Below, piece after piece: positions 61,128 to 64,000 of a DNA stretch of 64,000 bases (positions within the stretch are counted from its first letter, which is position 1; each line of letters opens with the position of its first letter). Origin of the DNA: an uncultured bacterium (GTDB lineage Bacteria > Zixibacteria > MSB-5A5 > CAIYYT01); assembly GCA_963726455.1 (NCBI GenBank), contig CAVSCK010000003.1, forward strand, positions 352,001 to 416,000, read 5' to 3'. A program made the position numbers and the translations under genes. The notes below the pieces were generated by a model that saw only the letters and a program-made list of their open reading frames with translations, made no database searches and was not told the origin of the DNA.

Positions 61128-62168
61128 ATGTTATTTCGGATGAAAATCCGTTCTGTACTCTTTGGCGCTGTCACCGTATTTGTCATTCTGCTGCTGGCTG
61201 AAATTGGATTACGCGTTGTCGGAGTGAATCCGCGCGTCGATAACCCGTTCTTCATGCTGGTCAGGGTATTCGAGTATCCCGAATATTTCGAAAAAGATCA
61301 CGAGCTGTTCTGGAAGCTGAGGCCGAATATCAGGGAGGGCACCGAATTTCTGGTGCCGGGTTCGTATCGCACGAATTCGCTGAGTTTGCGCGGAGATAAT
61401 GCGCCTATCGAGATGTACGCCAATCGAACGCGGATTGCCTGTTTCGGCAATTCCTGCACCTTCGGCTGGAGGATGCAGGAAGACGAAACGTACGAGCCGC
61501 AGTTGGAGAAGCTGCTGAACGATCAGGCGGGTTCGAAACAGTACAAGGTCTTCAATTGCGGCGTGCCGGGTTATTCGACCTTCCAGGGGTTACGGATGCT
61601 GCGGGAGTATTTGCCGATTCTCAAGCCGAGCGTTGTGACGATCTGTTACGGCTGGAATGACCACTGGGCGGCCGGATTTGATATCGAGGACAAGAATCAG
61701 CGATCGGCGCCACAGATGGTGCTGGAGGCACAGAATCTGCTCTCGGAAAGCTACGTCTATCGAGCGGTGAAGTACGTGCTATTGGCGAAATATGAGAAGC
61801 AAAAGCAGTACCAGTTCGACCGGCAGTCGGTGCATTATCGAGTGTCGCTCGACGACTACGCTGCAAATCTGCGGGAAATGGTGAGTATCTGCCGGGACAA
61901 CGGCGTCAAACCGATCCTGATCACGACTCCGGCGGGTGACGTTGATCCGGGAGTTGAGAATCCGATGGAGCAGTACCACGAGCTTTACAATGAAACAGTC
62001 CGGCAGGTAGCGCAGGAGCTGAAGGTGCCATTGGTAGACGCGGCGCTGCTGTTCCGCGATCATCCTGAGTTCTACGACAACCCGAAGGCCGATTTCATAC
62101 ATTACAACGCCCGGGGAGCGGCGCTTATCGCGGGGCAATTGGCCGTCGCCGCCCGGCAGTTGCAGTGA
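61128..62168 (+). CDS. Membrane-anchored SGNH/GDSL hydrolase family protein
   Basis: TM ending AEIGLR; block I GNSCTFG, block II GVPGYST, block III GWND, block V DFIHYN. Confidence 0.88.
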   Translation: MLFRMKIRSVLFGAVTVFVILLLAEIGLRVVGVNPRVDNPFFMLVRVFEYPEYFEKDHELFWKLRPNIREGTEFLVPGSYRTNSLSLRGDNAPIEMYANRTRIACFGNSCTFGWRMQEDETYEPQLEKLLNDQAGSKQYKVFNCGVPGYSTFQGLRMLREYLPILKPSVVTICYGWNDHWAAGFDIEDKNQRSAPQMVLEAQNLLSESYVYRAVKYVLLAKYEKQKQYQFDRQSVHYRVSLDDYAANLREMVSICRDNGVKPILITTPAGDVDPGVENPMEQYHELYNETVRQVAQELKVPLVDAALLFRDHPEFYDNPKADFIHYNARGAALIAGQLAVAARQLQ

Positions 62169-62302
62169 GAATTCTCAGCCGGCGAAACCCACCGAAAAAC
62201 TTCTGACGATTTATTGAGCAATCGCTCCTCAAGCACGTAATATTCGCTGAGTCGTCGTCAGGACACTTATCTTCGCGACACCCTTTGACGACACTACTGA
62301 CG

Positions 62303-63416
62303 ATGCATCTATTGAAGATTCTGCAACCGGCTCTTTTCACCCTCGTTCTAACTGCGTCCGCACTGATTGCTGCACCGCTTCCCGCGACTCCCGTGATGAT
62401 TGACTCCGTGGAGATGCAGGATTACCGCCGCATCTGGGGCAGCCCATCGGGTTGTTTCTATTTTCTGCGCCGCAATGATTTTGAGGTGCGCCAATTCACC
62501 GAAAACAAAACCCTGTCGCAGCCGCTGGGACCCAACCAGAAACTGATCTCTTCGGAGCAAGGACGTTATTTTGCGTTGATCAGTTACAGCAACTTCTTGC
62601 CGACGTCTCTGCACGTGACTGAGATCCGGTTGTTCGACTGCACCGGGCAACAGATCTGGAGCGTGCGCGATCCGGGATGCACGTCATTTGTCCTGTCCGA
62701 CAAGGCGCCGATTGCGGTCGGTATCTCGGGCGCCGAAGGACTGCCGGAGACGCAGCTTTACTTCTTCGGCCCGACCGGCCAGGAAGCCGGCAGCGCCAAG
62801 GTTGACAATTTCGCGAGCGGGCGCTTTTCGGAAGACGGAGATTTCTTCTTTGCGATTGCGGGCAGCAAGGGGCTGGTCAAGTTTTCGAATACCGGCAAAG
62901 AAGTGTGCCGCTACGCCGATTGCAGCCGCTATTGTGTCGGGCGTAACGGCGAGATGGTTGCGGCATTCAAAGATTCGGCATTGACGATCTACAAGAGACA
63001 GGCGCGACTATACAACTACAGAGTCTCAGAACTTGTCAGTGCGCGATGTGCGGTTTTCGTATGATAATCGGTTTGCCGCGATCCTGTTGACGCAGGAATT
63101 ACAGTTGATCGACCTTGACAGCTCGCGTGTTGTCTGGGAATACTCTCTTCCCGATTCGGGTTATCAATTCTTCCACTTCGACTCGGATTCAGCGTTCACA
63201 TATTTCGCCTGCTCGACCAACAACTCGGTCGATGCACCTGAGCGCCGCAATACGCTTGGGCAGGCGCTGCTCCTTGACGCAGAAGGCAAGCTTGTCTGGC
63301 AGACGGAAATGGGATACGCCGAGTGGTCGGTCAAGTACCCGGAAGTCAAGATCGACGTGGCGGCAAGGATTATCACGTTGCTGACTGCGGAGAAGTTTTG
63401 GGTGTACAGCTTTTAA
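62303..63416 (+). CDS. Hypothetical exported beta-propeller-like protein; +1 frameshift ~63035
   Basis: Signal-like N-terminus; blades ISSEQGRYFA, FSEDGDFFFA, FSYDNRFAA, DAEGKLVW over two joined ORFs. Confidence 0.55.
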
Positions 63417-63474
63417 CGTGTCTGCGATATCACTCCCTGTCGATGCCGCCGTTCCTTCACGCTCGTACTGATAA

Positions 63475-63496
63475 GCGCACTGCCGTGCGCGACTAC
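63475..63496 (-). repeat. GTAG-type REP, copy 2
   Basis: Minus strand GTAGTCGCGCACGGCAGTGCGC; matches 37525-37547. Confidence 0.7.
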
Positions 63497-63595
63497 CTAT
63501 GCGCTGGGTAGTAACTAATTCCTAACGGTGCGACAAATTCACTTGAGAACACAGCGGCTTGGATAGGCCAAGTGCCCTCAAACTTGTGCAAACAG

Positions 63596-63637
63596 AAAAC
63601 CGGCGGTCGGATTTGCATCCAGCCGCCGGTTAGTTTT
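63596..63637. terminator. Probably bidirectional intrinsic terminator after rpsT
   Basis: AAAACCGGCGGTCGGAT-TTGC-ATCCAGCCGCCGGTTAGTTTT. Confidence 0.75.
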
Positions 63638-63654
63638 GCCGCTAGAGACAGAAT

Positions 63655-63918
63655 TTACTTAGCCGCAGCTTTTTTGTTGAGAATCTTGGCGAGACGGCTT
63701 TTCTTGCGGGAAGCGGTTTTCTTTTTCATGATGTTACGCTTGACCGCTTTGTCGAGCACGGAAGCCATCTCGGAAAGACTGGCTTTAGCTTCCGGTTTGC
63801 CGGCGTTGTCCGCCAGTTGCTTGGCTTTCGATTTGATAGCCGAACGAATCGAGCGATTCTTGATGTTCGCTTTAACCGACTGTTTATGTCTCTTCTTGAC
63901 CGACTTATGTACTGCCAA
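63655..63918 (-). CDS. rpsT: 30S ribosomal protein S20
   Basis: GGAGG then TTG 63918; AVHKSVKKRHKQS...NRS.RSAIKS...LDKAVKRNIMKKKTASRKKSRL. Confidence 0.95.
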   Translation of the reverse strand: MAVHKSVKKRHKQSVKANIKNRSIRSAIKSKAKQLADNAGKPEAKASLSEMASVLDKAVKRNIMKKKTASRKKSRLAKILNKKAAAK

Positions 63919-63958
63919 TTGCTGTACCTCCAAATGAGTAATAAAATTTCAACACGCC

Positions 63959-63986
63959 ATTATACGTCGCGGCGCACGGATGTCAA
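63959..63986 (-). promoter_or_regulatory. Consensus sigma-70 promoter of rpsT
   Basis: TTGACA (63986-63981)-N16-TATAAT (63964-63959). Confidence 0.85.
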
Positions 63987-64000
63987 TTGAAAACTAACGG

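Noticed and set aside
24054-63416. Mass pseudogenisation or genome decay
   Set aside because: Affected genes include essential valS and ftsI, motifs are intact, and lesions are almost all single-base indels at wobble positions.
1-64000. tRNA, rRNA, prophage, IS or defence genes
   Set aside because: None recognised; mazG has the two-domain housekeeping form and no adjacent toxin-antitoxin pair. A covariance-model scan could still find small RNAs.

Overview
Chromosomal segment of a fairly GC-rich diderm bacterium. The C25/FlgD-type 'YPNPF' C-terminal domains, PorZ-like protein and membrane-TPR paralogs suggest an FCB-group lineage such as Zixibacteria (inference only). Contents: (i) 1-13.4 kb, a dcw cluster on the minus strand (mraZ-rsmH-ftsL-ftsI-murE-murF-mraY-murD-ftsW-murG-murC-ftsQ') with MraZ boxes; (ii) a gingipain-like C25 peptidase with a sigma-54-type promoter, convergent with a long operon (priA / HD protein-purM-gpmI-lnt-PorZ-like-GNAT-GT4-GT4-GT2); (iii) TPR, DUF4139, MFS and TolB-like genes, a 2x lumazine-binding-domain/redoxin fusion, valS and mazG; (iv) an 11-PAS hybrid kinase, a sigma-54 two-component pair, and ArsR with a coupled Cys-Cys micropeptide; (v) a dispersed carbamoyltransferase / SxtJ-like / DUF5989 / SGNH set around HU, two tandem GT-C-like TPR membrane proteins and a DRG-type GTPase, ending in rpsT. 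Several REP-like palindrome families fill intergenic gaps. No tRNA, rRNA, CRISPR array or transposase was recognised. At least eleven genes are frameshifted, mostly by +1 insertions that read as two synonymous wobble alleles side by side, which points to a mixed-strain consensus artefact rather than pseudogenes. No system could be proven novel from sequence alone; the best candidates are listed as findings.
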